A DNA stretch of 62,421 nt from a virus (taxonomy: Duplodnaviria; Caudoviricetes). A program made the translations under genes and the position numbers. Location: IMG/VR virus record IMGVR_UViG_3300035665_000031, positions 1-62,421 of that record. One strand, written 5' to 3'. The notes under the pieces are model-generated. The model was not told the DNA's origin. It ran no database searches and was given only the letters and a program-made list of their open reading frames with translations. The first letter of the stretch is position 1, and every line of letters starts with the position of its first letter. Positions 1-10,333 of this stretch are shown here, one piece after another.

Positions 1-36
1 AACCGTTATGTGTAATAATTTTTTACCCACCCACAA

Positions 37-396
37 TTAAGATTTTCTTAAACCATACTTCATTAAAATAGAGTTTGTCGGATTACCCCAAGCCCATCTT
101 GGTATTCTATCATAGAACATACCTAAAAATAAATCTTTATTTGATTGTCTATTAGGTTCTTCCTGTTTTTCAAACTCGGTAGCCAATTCAATAGCAATAT
201 TTCTGATTTCTTTATTATCGTAATGTAAATCAGATAATAGACCATCTTTTCTAGCCCTATTCAGTAATTGAAGGTGTATTTCTGTTTTTGGTTTGGGAAA
301 ATCACCAAATCCAAATTCACTTTCATTAACATCCTCATTCACAAACTGTTTCCAGTTCTTTACTCTATCTATTTGTTCTCTTATTTCTTTACTCAT
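37..396 (-). CDS. Cassette-borne hypothetical protein with N-terminal KQFVNE leader
   Basis: ORF track; N-terminus resembles 2489..3121. Confidence 0.75.
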   Translation of the reverse strand: MSKEIREQIDRVKNWKQFVNEDVNESEFGFGDFPKPKTEIHLQLLNRARKDGLLSDLHYDNKEIRNIAIELATEFEKQEEPNRQSNKDLFLGMFYDRIPRWAWGNPTNSILMKYGLRKS

Positions 397-565
397 AGTT
401 TTATCTTTATATATAAATATTCAGAAATTAAATTTTAGTCCAAATCCCACCCACAAAATTACTACACATAACAAGGTGTATAAGAAAGTTTGCTATCAAC
501 AGTAGTGGTAATTTGAAAGTACATTTAAGCAAACCTTCTCATACACCCAACCGTTATATGCAATG

Positions 566-1192
566 CTACATTTGTGCTTCGATTAAACCGTTTGGTGTTA
601 TTATTCTATTCATCCAATGTTCATCTGTTTGAACATGTCCTTTTCTTACCCATTTTACAACAGATTTCTGAAAATCTTCTAACATAAATTCACTTGTTAA
701 TCTAATAACAAATCCTTATTGTTTATCAGTATTTACTTTAAAGTTTTTGATTAACTCAAAATCAAATACACCACGATACAAAACATTCACAGTTGTTAAG
801 TCAAGTAAATTACAATATTCAATTGTTTCATCCCAAGATAAACATTTTTCTTTATCCCAAACTGAAAATACCATAAAATAACTTGGTAAATTATTGTATA
901 TTAATGAATGTTGAGCATATAAATTTTCACCACATATCCTAAAATCAACAGGTATGTTATGTTTTATATTACCCCAAATTCCTTTTACAAAATTTCTTGA
1001 TGGATGATTATTGCTATCCAATGAACGAGCATAATAATACTCATTCATCATTGTTGTATTTTCACCGTCCATTTTTTCAGTAATAACAATCTCTTTACCT
1101 TCAAAATTGGATAAATCAAATTGCGTTTTATCGTCAAAGCCTTTGCCTTCCGACCATTCTAAATGATATGTTCTCGGATATTTAATTTTCAT
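566..1192 (-). pseudogene. ATP-dependent RNA ligase family protein with in-frame TAA
   Basis: KYPRTYHL and EKMDGEN motifs; TAA at 716-718 sits where the Glu of the EG(F/Y)V motif is expected, frame continues GFVIRL...KWVRKGHVQTDEHW to TAG at 566. Confidence 0.85.
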
Positions 1193-1355
1193 ATTATTCG
1201 TTTTAAACCGTACTACTGCTAACATCGTGTATAAAACATAATGGTTTCAGTGGTACATTCAGCGTTTGCATTTCTATTATAGTTCATTTGTTATTGAAAG
1301 TTTAGTGATTCTAATCCATTACGTTCCATACACCCAGCCGTTAGCAAACATAAAA

Positions 1356-1532
1356 TTATTTAGATAAGTCATTCTCATCAAATAACTTCTTTAATTTGTC
1401 TGCAACTTGTTTTATAAAAAATTGTTTACCAATTATACTACCCATTGGTGTTCCATCATCCAACCAACCTTCTGCTTCAATTTGGTCATCAAACGCATCC
1501 TCAACAATTTTTAAAATATCATCTTGTTTCAT
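1356..1532 (-). CDS. Cassette-borne hypothetical protein
   Basis: ORF filling a cassette between attC-like sites. Confidence 0.65.
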   Translation of the reverse strand: MKQDDILKIVEDAFDDQIEAEGWLDDGTPMGSIIGKQFFIKQVADKLKKLFDENDLSK

Positions 1533-1670
1533 AATTTTACGATTTGCTAACAACAAACATAAGCCATTTTATAGTGCTTCTAATTTGCTGTTATGGTTAA
1601 TATTAAAGTTCATTATTTTAATTTAATTTCGTGTTAAACGTCTCATGTTTGCGACCGTTATAAACAATTT

Positions 1671-1829
1671 TTAATCCCAAGACGAACCATTATTTTGTTT
1701 CTTACCACATTTATCACAATATCTATATGAATAGTGTATTCCACCACATATTGTTTCACCCCATTTATGAAAACAAAATAATTTACGAAAAAAACTGTTT
1801 ATAACATCAAATATATTCAATTTTTTCAT
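1671..1829 (-). CDS. Small Cys/His protein (52 aa), start codon inside attC-like hairpin
   Basis: Hand translation MKKLNIFDVINSFFRKLFCFHKW...YCDKCGKK; below the ORF-track cutoff. Confidence 0.65.
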   Translation of the reverse strand: MKKLNIFDVINSFFRKLFCFHKWGETICGGIHYSYRYCDKCGKKQNNGSSWD

Positions 1830-2032
1830 ATTTTTCACTTTTAGTTATTTACAGATACAAAGATACTACTTTTTATTGAAATTAAAAAATAAAACTGAAT
1901 ATATTTGCAACCGTTATACACAATACTACATTTGTGTTTCAAATTAAGTTCTGTGTTAAAAAAATAATACATACTTATAACAAATGATAAACAACATTAA
2001 AACGATTGTTTATCATCGGACGTTATGCACAA

Positions 2033-2305
2033 TTATAACGAGCCTTTCGTTTTCCAATTTGATGGTGATTGATTTATACCACTAATAAAATCTTCTGGTG
2101 AACCACCATCTGTTCCAGTCGGGTCTGTAAATCTTATTCCACCACTTGATACTATAATATCTGAAACCCACATTTCATCATTGTCTTTAATTTCATTCAC
2201 ATTAAAGTTTTGTGGGTGAAATACACCAGATAATGTAATCACTTCAGTTCCATTTTCTAATTTAGCTTTTCTAACTAAATATTTTCCTCTTAAAATTCTT
2301 TCCAT
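2033..2305 (-). CDS. Cassette-borne hypothetical protein
   Basis: ORF fills cassette. Confidence 0.7.
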   Translation of the reverse strand: MERILRGKYLVRKAKLENGTEVITLSGVFHPQNFNVNEIKDNDEMWVSDIIVSSGGIRFTDPTGTDGGSPEDFISGINQSPSNWKTKGSL

Positions 2306-2488
2306 AAATAACTGTGCCTAACAAAGTGTATAAGCAATAGCCGTTAGGTATTTTAAACTATTGCAGTGTTAATATTAAATTTCATACTTCCAATCAAGTT
2401 AAGTGTTCGGCTACTGCTTATACACTCGTCCGTTATGCTCCATGCCTTAGTTCAGTTCTTCGATTTAACATTTGTGATGAAAAAAGAA

Positions 2489-3121
2489 TTATAATAATGT
2501 ATAACCTGTTTTTAAATACCAAAACCCACCGTCTTGTGGCGTAATAGGTGGTATATAATTTTCTGGTGGACCGTTTCTTTTAGCCAACCCTTTTTCAACT
2601 AATTTTTCCCACATATTAAACCCATCATATCCCCCTGTGTTTTTATTGTAAAGAAAAACAAAATCTGAATTAAAATCACCAAAATCATCAAAGTTTGTTT
2701 TTAACCAATTATTAAAATCTTGATAAAAAGTTTTCATAATTGAATTACCCTTATATTTTGGATAGATTTCAACTTTTTGTATTTGTAATGATACTTTTTT
2801 AGTTTTTTTATCTTCATAAAAAAAGGCAACAAATTTACCAACTTTTTCGTCATTTTTTAAAATGTCAATAATAAATTGGTTTGCGCCATCATTTAGGTTG
2901 CGACTATTAAATTTTAAAGTAAAATCATTAAATGTTGCAACAGTTTCTACTTTTTTAATAAACTTATATATGTTTTTTCCGAGAATTATTTTTTTTAATC
3001 CATCTATTGCTTTACCTAAAAAACCACTATCTTTTGTATTGTCGGTTGTTGTTATTTCTTCATTCACAAACTGCTTAAAGTTTTTAACCTTATCAATCAT
3101 TTTACGTATATCTTCACTCAT
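2489..3121 (-). CDS. Cassette-borne putative GNAT-fold protein with KQFVNE leader
   Basis: IQKVEIYPKYKGNSI resembles the GNAT acetyl-CoA binding motif. Confidence 0.55.
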   Translation of the reverse strand: MSEDIRKMIDKVKNFKQFVNEEITTTDNTKDSGFLGKAIDGLKKIILGKNIYKFIKKVETVATFNDFTLKFNSRNLNDGANQFIIDILKNDEKVGKFVAFFYEDKKTKKVSLQIQKVEIYPKYKGNSIMKTFYQDFNNWLKTNFDDFGDFNSDFVFLYNKNTGGYDGFNMWEKLVEKGLAKRNGPPENYIPPITPQDGGFWYLKTGYTLL

Positions 3122-3332
3122 AGTTTTATTTATATATAAATATTCAGATTTAAAATTTCCACCCTAAAATTCTTTTTGTTTTTTATTTCGTGTTTCAAAT
3201 CACCATTATCGGTTAATAAGTCGGCACGAGAGCATAACATGGTGTATAAGAAAGTTTGTTATCAACAGTTGTGGTAACTTGAAAATTTTATCTAAGCAAA
3301 CCTTCTTATACACCCAAACGTTAGCAACAATA

Positions 3333-3704
3333 CTACTCTACTGCTACGATTTTAACTGTTTTGTTCTTCCAACCAGCATAGGGTCTTCGATTACATGGAA
3401 ATAAATCAATCATCAAACATTCAAACCTATCTGCGTCATCAAGAAATAAAACATCACTATCTTTAAAATTTTCTACTTTATCAATAGGTATTAATGCTAA
3501 TCTTCTTGTTGGTCTTCTCCAATTATGTTCAAAGAAATTATTAACGATAAACTTTACTTCCTTACCAACATACTCTTTTTTAACTCTAAATGGTTTTTTA
3601 CCGAATTTTAAAGTTAATATATTTCCAATTTCAATTTTGTTTAAATCATTATATGTGTTGTACATAAATGGTTCACATCGAGTTTCAATTTTTATTTTTC
3701 TCAT
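3333..3704 (-). CDS. Hypothetical protein
   Basis: ORF track. Confidence 0.7.
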   Translation of the reverse strand: MRKIKIETRCEPFMYNTYNDLNKIEIGNILTLKFGKKPFRVKKEYVGKEVKFIVNNFFEHNWRRPTRRLALIPIDKVENFKDSDVLFLDDADRFECLMIDLFPCNRRPYAGWKNKTVKIVAVE

Positions 3705-3790
3705 AATAATCCGTGACTAAATGCAATTGCTCATCATCATTTAACATCCAATCGATATTTTCGTATGGGTTCATATTCTTGTTTTTAAAA

Positions 3791-4099
3791 TTAGCACATA
3801 TTCTCAATTTCATCTTGAAATAAGAAAATTTGTTCTTGATACCACAAAACATTATCGTAGTTCTGTTGTTCATTGTTGATAAAGTTTTTTACAAACTCTT
3901 CAACTCGTTCTTTCTGTCCACCATCTCTAAAACCAAAAACATCTTTATGCCAAAAGTTCATATAACAATAAGAATATCCTATCTCTGATAACATTAACTG
4001 CCTAAGTTCTTTTGTTGTTTTTGGTAAGTGTTCATATGTTTTTGGGTCATCTAAATCAACCTCAAAATCTCCAAGTGGTCTGCAAACAAATTTTCTCAT
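3791..4099 (-). CDS. Hypothetical protein
   Basis: ORF track, ATG start chosen. Confidence 0.7.
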   Translation of the reverse strand: MRKFVCRPLGDFEVDLDDPKTYEHLPKTTKELRQLMLSEIGYSYCYMNFWHKDVFGFRDGGQKERVEEFVKNFINNEQQNYDNVLWYQEQIFLFQDEIENMC

Positions 4100-4267
4100 T
4101 TTATTATACTTTAATTTTAACAAATCCAAATTTTAACCATCTTTGAATAAAATCAGTTGAATAAACCTGGTTATTAGTCACTATGGTTCCATGAATAGGT
4201 TTATTGTTAGCTTTCTTTATGACCTCTAACCTATCTTTAAAGACCAAAAACATTCCCTTTCTTAATT

Positions 4268-5050
4268 TCATATCAATTTTTTCAATAGATTAACAAAATT
4301 ATTCATATCTTCCTCAGAACAACCACTAATGGTATCATGAATCGAATGACAAATTCTCCAGGTATGTGGAAAATCAATTGTTAACTCATTTTCTGGTAAT
4401 AAACCTAAGCACACACTAACAATACCATTGCTTCTTAATATCACTGAGTCATTAAATGGTGTCATCTTAAAATAAACTTCATCATCAAATGAGTTATTCA
4501 AATAATCAATCAAATCAATAAATGGGTGGGTTTGCATATACGGTAATTTACCATCACAAAAAATCTTATTTCCAAAACCAGTTAACTCAAAATTTAATAC
4601 AACCACATTAGAACCAAATATCCCAGACTTTATATCATCACTTAATCTTGCGGCTCCATTTCCACCAAATTCTTCATTGTCAGTAAAATAAAATACTATA
4701 TTCTTATTCAACGTGTTTCTATCGATTGAACTAGCCAAAGCCAATAAATTACAAATACTAGCACTATTATCTTGAGCATTCTGAGAATCCAAATTTACAA
4801 CATCATGGTGTGCTAAAAATATAATAGTATCACGATGGTCAATAATATCAAACCTACCCCATACATTCCTTAAATTACCACCCAAATAATAATGATTGAA
4901 ATCACTAAATCTAGGTTCTAACCCTATTTCAGTTAACTTGTTAGTTATAAAATCTAACCTGGGTGTTTGATAGAAGTTTCTTGGTGATGCATTGTTCACC
5001 ATTGGTTTAATCAAAACCAATTCACTTAATAACTCATAAGGGTTCATCAT
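4268..5050 (-). CDS. M28 family zinc peptidase
   Basis: AHHD, AQDNSAS, NEEFG and C-terminal HSIHDT motifs. Confidence 0.85.
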   Translation of the reverse strand: MMNPYELLSELVLIKPMVNNASPRNFYQTPRLDFITNKLTEIGLEPRFSDFNHYYLGGNLRNVWGRFDIIDHRDTIIFLAHHDVVNLDSQNAQDNSASICNLLALASSIDRNTLNKNIVFYFTDNEEFGGNGAARLSDDIKSGIFGSNVVVLNFELTGFGNKIFCDGKLPYMQTHPFIDLIDYLNNSFDDEVYFKMTPFNDSVILRSNGIVSVCLGLLPENELTIDFPHTWRICHSIHDTISGCSEEDMNNFVNLLKKLI

Positions 5051-5367
5051 AATGGTAATGTGAGTGTGTTAGATATTATCTCATAATCTTCACTTAAACC
5101 AGAATCTAGTTTTAAAATACAAGAACACAAAATTGATAAGTGAATGAACTCATGGTATTCTTGCTTCTTGCTTACCTTATCTAAAAACTTAAATCCATTG
5201 CCATTATCAAACACAGATAATAATTTAATTGAACGATAATGCTCAGACCAACCTGAACTATCAGTTGTCCATAATTCCCATAAACTACCATCCGATGTTT
5301 TAGTTTGGATAACCTCGTAAGGTACCGATTTATCTGTTTTGTTTAAAACACTAAATTTTGTTGTCAT
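5047..5367 (-). CDS. Hypothetical protein
   Basis: ORF track. Confidence 0.7.
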   Translation of the reverse strand: MTTKFSVLNKTDKSVPYEVIQTKTSDGSLWELWTTDSSGWSEHYRSIKLLSVFDNGNGFKFLDKVSKKQEYHEFIHLSILCSCILKLDSGLSEDYEIISNTLTLPL

Positions 5368-5552
5368 AGTACTTCAATTATTTTTATTTTAGTTGGTAAA
5401 TACCATATACCATTTATCTTAACTTGCTTAATACACCCTAGCGAATTGAAGAAACATGGTGGGTTGAATTCAAACATAATATCATCAAAAACACCCAACT
5501 GAGTTTGGTTTTCATCCCCTATAGTAAATATCACTGTATCTCCAATTTGCAT
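5364..5552 (-). CDS. Hypothetical protein
   Basis: ORF track; TAnnTTTG box just upstream. Confidence 0.6.
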   Translation of the reverse strand: MQIGDTVIFTIGDENQTQLGVFDDIMFEFNPPCFFNSLGCIKQVKINGIWYLPTKIKIIEVL

Positions 5553-5657
5553 GTTTGATTGTTTAGTCTACAAATATACTAATTATTTTCCATTTAAACA
5601 AAAAAAAAACACATAAGATAATTCCTATGTGTTTTTTTATATATAAGTTAAACTTAA

Positions 5658-7472
5658 TTACTTAAGCAACTTCACCTCAACTCTACGATTCTTGAATCTA
5701 CCATCACCAGAGTTATTATCCCCAATCGGTTCTGATTCACCACGACCATCAACCAATTGGAAACGATTTGAAGGGATTCCTCTATTGGTTAGATAAGTTT
5801 CCACAGCATTGGCACGACTCTTAGATAATACCAAGTTTGAAGCATCATCACCTTGACCATCAGTATGACCAACAATCTCAATCTTTGAATCCTCAGCTTG
5901 CATTAACAAGTTATAAATGGTTTGCAAATCTTTATTGGATACATCACTAATATCTGAACTGCCAGTTGAGAAGTTGATATGCCAAGCAGCACTAGCCATT
6001 ACATTTGTTTTAGTACCCTCATAAGATGATTTAGTTGCAGTACCAGCATCAATATCGTTGATACTCTTCAAGAAATACATGTTAACTGCATCATCATAAG
6101 GGATAACACCACTCTTAAATGTTTCGTTAAAGCCCATGATATTTAATTGAGTAAGATAATTACCAGTTTGTTCGTAAACGGTCTTATAACGATTAACACC
6201 ATCACTTAAACCATAGTATTGGAATGCATCAGCATAATTCATAACCTTAGTTCCACCTAATGTGTAAGGTCCACTAGAATTTGACCCATCAACACCTTGG
6301 AACATATTGAACCAATAATCACCATTTTCAATATTATAAGTCTTAGCAACACACTCAGCAGCATGTTTTCTCCAATCTTCATACAATTTAAACTGATTAG
6401 CACCAATATAAGTTGCTTTCAATAAATTGATAAGATACTTTTCATTCTTCATTGCCCACTCTTTAATCACAATAAGAGTTGTTGCCATTTGATTGTTGAA
6501 GTCTTTGGTTGAAGTTACAGTAGTTACATCTGATAAAGCATCGAAAACTAACTTATCACCAGGAGTCCAAGTACAACACCCATCAACTGGTCTTTTTACT
6601 AACTTACCAGTCAATTTACCATCAACAACCTCTTTTAATTCAACTGTGAAACCACTTTTTCGTGACTTGATTAATTCTTTAGCTGAATTAATATAATCAT
6701 CATTTTCAGAAGCTATAAAATTTACAGCATTTGCATCATATGTAGTTGGGTCTGGATTTACCAACAAACCATTTGCAAAACAAAAGTTTAACCCTAACAT
6801 ATGGTCACCATCACCATATACCGCTGAAATAACCTTACCAATCATTGAAGATGGGTTGGAAATCCATTCTTTTGGACCAATAAGTTTATCTTCACCAATA
6901 GACATACCATAACAACCAACTACTTGAACATGATATTTATCGGGACCGAATTTTTCATCTATAGCTGATTGTGTTGATGCTAAATAAAACGCACCACCAT
7001 CACCCATGATACTAATACCAAATGCAGTGTTTTCTGATTGTGGAAAACTGTTACCCTTATCAAATTCACTCAAAAAACTAAGTTGCATATTTCTAATATC
7101 AGAAAGCATATCTTTTCTAACAATAGAAAGATTAACCCCATTTTGTTCCATCAATGACCCACTTGTAGTCTTTGGACCACCATTCGCTACAATCATACCT
7201 GAATTTCCATTCCAAGCATATTCAGCGATTCTACCCAATTGGTTGCTAGATACCTTAGTACTAACCTCTTTGGATGGCAACGGAAGCTTTGCGGCATTGG
7301 TTGAATTGTCAATGTTGTCTTTGTTTAACTCCATTACTGCAAGAGTCTTAGACATTGATGCCCCTAATCCTGGAGCGAAGTAATAAATTCCAACCATTAC
7401 TAAGATGATTGCTAGACCTAATAAAACAGCTTCAAAGCCAGTTTTAAATTTTGTTTTTAGGATTTTTCCCAT
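5658..7472 (-). CDS. Membrane-anchored substrate-binding-like protein with C-terminal OmpA domain
   Basis: N-terminal TM helix; IVGHTD, LSKSRA, GRGESEP, NRRVEV OmpA motifs. Confidence 0.85.
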   Translation of the reverse strand: MGKILKTKFKTGFEAVLLGLAIILVMVGIYYFAPGLGASMSKTLAVMELNKDNIDNSTNAAKLPLPSKEVSTKVSSNQLGRIAEYAWNGNSGMIVANGGPKTTSGSLMEQNGVNLSIVRKDMLSDIRNMQLSFLSEFDKGNSFPQSENTAFGISIMGDGGAFYLASTQSAIDEKFGPDKYHVQVVGCYGMSIGEDKLIGPKEWISNPSSMIGKVISAVYGDGDHMLGLNFCFANGLLVNPDPTTYDANAVNFIASENDDYINSAKELIKSRKSGFTVELKEVVDGKLTGKLVKRPVDGCCTWTPGDKLVFDALSDVTTVTSTKDFNNQMATTLIVIKEWAMKNEKYLINLLKATYIGANQFKLYEDWRKHAAECVAKTYNIENGDYWFNMFQGVDGSNSSGPYTLGGTKVMNYADAFQYYGLSDGVNRYKTVYEQTGNYLTQLNIMGFNETFKSGVIPYDDAVNMYFLKSINDIDAGTATKSSYEGTKTNVMASAAWHINFSTGSSDISDVSNKDLQTIYNLLMQAEDSKIEIVGHTDGQGDDASNLVLSKSRANAVETYLTNRGIPSNRFQLVDGRGESEPIGDNNSGDGRFKNRRVEVKLLK

Positions 7473-7539
7473 TTTTTATGTGTTTTTAAAATTAATGATA
7501 CAAAGATAGTAATAATTTTTCATATTACAAAATATATTA

Positions 7540-7573
7540 CAAAAAAAAAAATGATTAGCTTGTGACTAATCAT
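7540..7573 (-). terminator. Intrinsic terminator closing the small-RNA array
   Basis: atgattag/ctaatcat stem with long U run on the minus strand. Confidence 0.7.
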
Positions 7574-7587
7574 AGTTTTTTTTTTTC

Positions 7588-8285
7588 AAATTGGAGTTTT
7601 TAAAAGACAGTTGCTCTAACCAACTGAGCTACGACACGTTACCATGCCGATGGGATTCGAACCCATGACCCACTGTTTGGCTAGTATTTAATATGCTGTT
7701 ACCAATTTTATCAGTTCTACATTTTTTTGTGGAATTGAACCACTAGTTTTCAATATAAGTGAAAAGTTTATCCATTAGGAGTTTGCTGTAGTAGAACTTA
7801 TCAATTCTCGTTAGGGACTCGAACCCTTATACCCACCACCTGGCTTCGTTTTTGTTTCAGAAAAAAATTTATTAATTTGCTGTGTGAGAATTTGTCAAGT
7901 TACGTTTGTTTTCAAATAAAAGTTGATTTTTGTTTTGAGTTGCTGTTTGTAACTTTATTTTCAGATTAGCGTTTTTAAACGTGTTCAAATTAAGAGTTTG
8001 ATGTTCTGTAATTTTGCTGTATCTAATCTTATTTCAGGTAAGTCCGATATTCCACACCAAGTGCCTCGGTTATAGGGCTTCGGGAAACGAACCCGAATCG
8101 TCTTTGTTTACATTAAAGTTGATTTGTTTTTACTTTGCTGTTTCTTACCTTATTTTCAGGGGCTATTTTTTTAATCCGTACTACCATTATACTAACTCCC
8201 AGTGTTTATTTTTTGTTGGGAGCCAAGGAATCGAACCTCAACCTGATGCTGATAATGCAATTTTTAAATATGCTGTTAAGCCCCT
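7588..8285 (-). ncRNA. Tandem array of seven Y-RNA-like small RNAs
   Basis: Units 7588-7708, 7713-7798, 7803-7892, 7897-7955, 7963-8029, 8036-8150, 8158-8285; each closed by its own 7-8 bp stem, with ACAGCA 2 nt after the 5' arm and GA after the 3' arm; five contain T-arm hairpins. Confidence 0.75.
7607..7676 (-). ncRNA. Circularly permuted tRNA-like domain (T arm, loop-closed acceptor stem, D arm)
   Basis: acagt-gggtc-atggg TTCGAAT cccat-cggcatg GTAA cgtgtcg-ta-gctc agttggtta gagc-a-actgt. Confidence 0.85.
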
Positions 8286-8380
8286 TATTAAAAACGAAAT
8301 CGCTGGATTGTTACTTTCTACAATGTGTTCCCATTTATACACTATGGGTATTAGCCTCTCTAGTGAACGATTTCGTTTTT

Positions 8381-10072
8381 TTACATTTCAATCTTATTCA
8401 TCATTTCTTGATTCATTGCTGCCTCAAATAATTCCTTAGCGTTCTTAGGTTCAGAAGACTTACCTTCAACAACCTCAGTTCCTGTTAAGAAAGCAATCAC
8501 AGACCCATCGTACCCACTGAAATAATATACATTATCCACATCACCATATGTTTCAAATTTCTTTCCAGTAGTAGAACCATATGCACGACTTTGTAAGTTC
8601 CACAACACAATCTTGAATTTAGAAACATATTCTTCGCTAAACCCAGCATTTCTTAATGTAGACAACGCTGTTTGTACGTTTGTCTTACCCAATTCTGATG
8701 GATTGAATTCAGCATCTGAAATACATAATATACCAGTTGGGAATTCTGATTCAGAAACACCTGACTGTTTAATGTTAACAAACAATCTAATAACTGATTG
8801 GAAATCTGTACTTCCAACAAATCCTGACCTATCGTTAGTCCATTTTTCGTGAGGTGTTGAACCTTTCCAAGTATGCATCTTAGCTGATGAGTTGAACTCA
8901 ATCCAAGAGTTAGCAAAGTGCCCATTAGGCAACATGTAGCTGAAGAACAAAGCCAAAGCCTTAGCAATATCAAAACAAGATTGTGATGTACCAGTCGCTG
9001 AACTACCCATAGAACCAGATGTGTCTCTTACAACAATCATGGATGTATTTGTAGTTGCATTTTTCATTGCAGTTTCAACCAACCCCATGAATTGAGCATT
9101 AAGGGTATCAATTTGATACTTCTTGCTAGGCATCTTGGTAAACAACTCATGTGGATAACCAGTGAACTTAGCTGTTGGCTTAGATGCAATCCAAGCTTCG
9201 TATTTAGCTTCAAGTCCGTTGTTAGCCAAATATTTACCTGATACCAGCAAAGATAACGCTCTACCATGAATTGTATCGAAATTCACCAATTTATGGTTTC
9301 CTTGTGAAATCAATTGTTGCCATTGGTGGGCAGTACCATTGCTTTTCAACTTACGGTATTTAACATACCCAGTCAACGCACTTGTTTCTTTCTTACCGAA
9401 TAACAATGAGCAAATCCATTTTGAAATGATATTATCTGCTTGTGATTCAATTGTAGTACACTTTTTAGATGCTTTGATTTGAGGCAAGTACTTCTTAACC
9501 AATTCTGACGTATTTGGGTTCTCCAAGCCAGCTAAAATCAATTTACCGAACTTTTCCCAGTCCAATACTCTATTTGCCCAACCATTGTATTGCAAGTCAT
9601 AAGATAACATAACAAAGATGTCTTTCCATGAACCTAAGCTAACAAACAGTCCGATGTTTTTCCAGAAAGTATTTGGATGATTGATGTGTAACCAAATCAT
9701 ACGCATGATACCTTCATGCTTAAGACCACCACCTCTTTGAGTAGTTTCTGTCTTGGTACCATCCATCAAAGATACTGTACGTGTAATCATTCTTAAATAG
9801 AATGCAAACGCAACAGTCATTTGTTTATCTTGTGCCCAAAGAGTACTCATATCTTTTGCGATATCAGCATATGTTCTTGGTGACTTATATGAACCAATTA
9901 CACCAAATTGGTCAACAAAATCATTTCCAGTTGTTGAATATTTCAACGCACCGTTTCCAGATAATGTCTTTGCAGATTCTTTTTTACCAGCATTCAAAAA
10001 CCCATTGGTTGATGATACGGTTGTTGAACCTACATTTGAAGTGATTAATGATTTTTGTTTTGTATTGAACAT
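8381..10072 (-). CDS. DUF2828-type / TROVE(Ro60)-like protein with C-terminal vWA domain
   Basis: MIDAS elements RDTSGSM, STDF, ISDAEF; GSWKD in the N-terminal helical region. Confidence 0.75.
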   Translation of the reverse strand: MFNTKQKSLITSNVGSTTVSSTNGFLNAGKKESAKTLSGNGALKYSTTGNDFVDQFGVIGSYKSPRTYADIAKDMSTLWAQDKQMTVAFAFYLRMITRTVSLMDGTKTETTQRGGGLKHEGIMRMIWLHINHPNTFWKNIGLFVSLGSWKDIFVMLSYDLQYNGWANRVLDWEKFGKLILAGLENPNTSELVKKYLPQIKASKKCTTIESQADNIISKWICSLLFGKKETSALTGYVKYRKLKSNGTAHQWQQLISQGNHKLVNFDTIHGRALSLLVSGKYLANNGLEAKYEAWIASKPTAKFTGYPHELFTKMPSKKYQIDTLNAQFMGLVETAMKNATTNTSMIVVRDTSGSMGSSATGTSQSCFDIAKALALFFSYMLPNGHFANSWIEFNSSAKMHTWKGSTPHEKWTNDRSGFVGSTDFQSVIRLFVNIKQSGVSESEFPTGILCISDAEFNPSELGKTNVQTALSTLRNAGFSEEYVSKFKIVLWNLQSRAYGSTTGKKFETYGDVDNVYYFSGYDGSVIAFLTGTEVVEGKSSEPKNAKELFEAAMNQEMMNKIEM

Positions 10073-10333
10073 CGTTTTAATTTTTAAAAGTTAATTATCT
10101 TATTGCTTGATGATAAAGGAAAGTTTCACCCAACCTAAATCATTAATTACTGTATGGCACCACACCATCATAAACTGTCATCTTCGAACTAGGTTTGGTA
10201 ACCCACAATGAATAAGCATATCAAGCTTAATTAGTTTTGATTGCTAACCCACCCGCTAAGATAGTTAGCCACACACCAGACTTTACTGGTACTATTATGA
10301 TTTCATTGTTGTTCAAATAAGAACAGTAATTTG

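Larger units (their letters stand above)
1..3326 (+). mobile_element. Integron-like cassette array 1 (continues off the left edge)
   Basis: Imperfect palindromes from xxxTAAC to cGTTA at 466-559, 1217-1346, 1545-1663, 1799-1919, 1975-2028, 2316-2438, 3232-3326, plus a right end at 5-11; mostly one minus-strand ORF between consecutive sites. Confidence 0.85.

Noticed and set aside
411-420. T4 late promoter TATAAATA
   Set aside because: It lies on the non-coding strand relative to the genes; the sense motif is TATTTAT
716-718. Stop-codon reassignment
   Set aside because: TAA, TAG and TGA all terminate intact genes elsewhere in the window; this is a single lesion
7588-8285. CRISPR-like reading of the TGCTGT array
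   Set aside because: Only a 6-7 nt motif is constant; units vary in length and are defined by self-complementary ends
8014-8439. Plus-strand ORFs 8014..8439 and 8135..8431
   Set aside because: Antisense to the structured RNA array, no recognisable motifs
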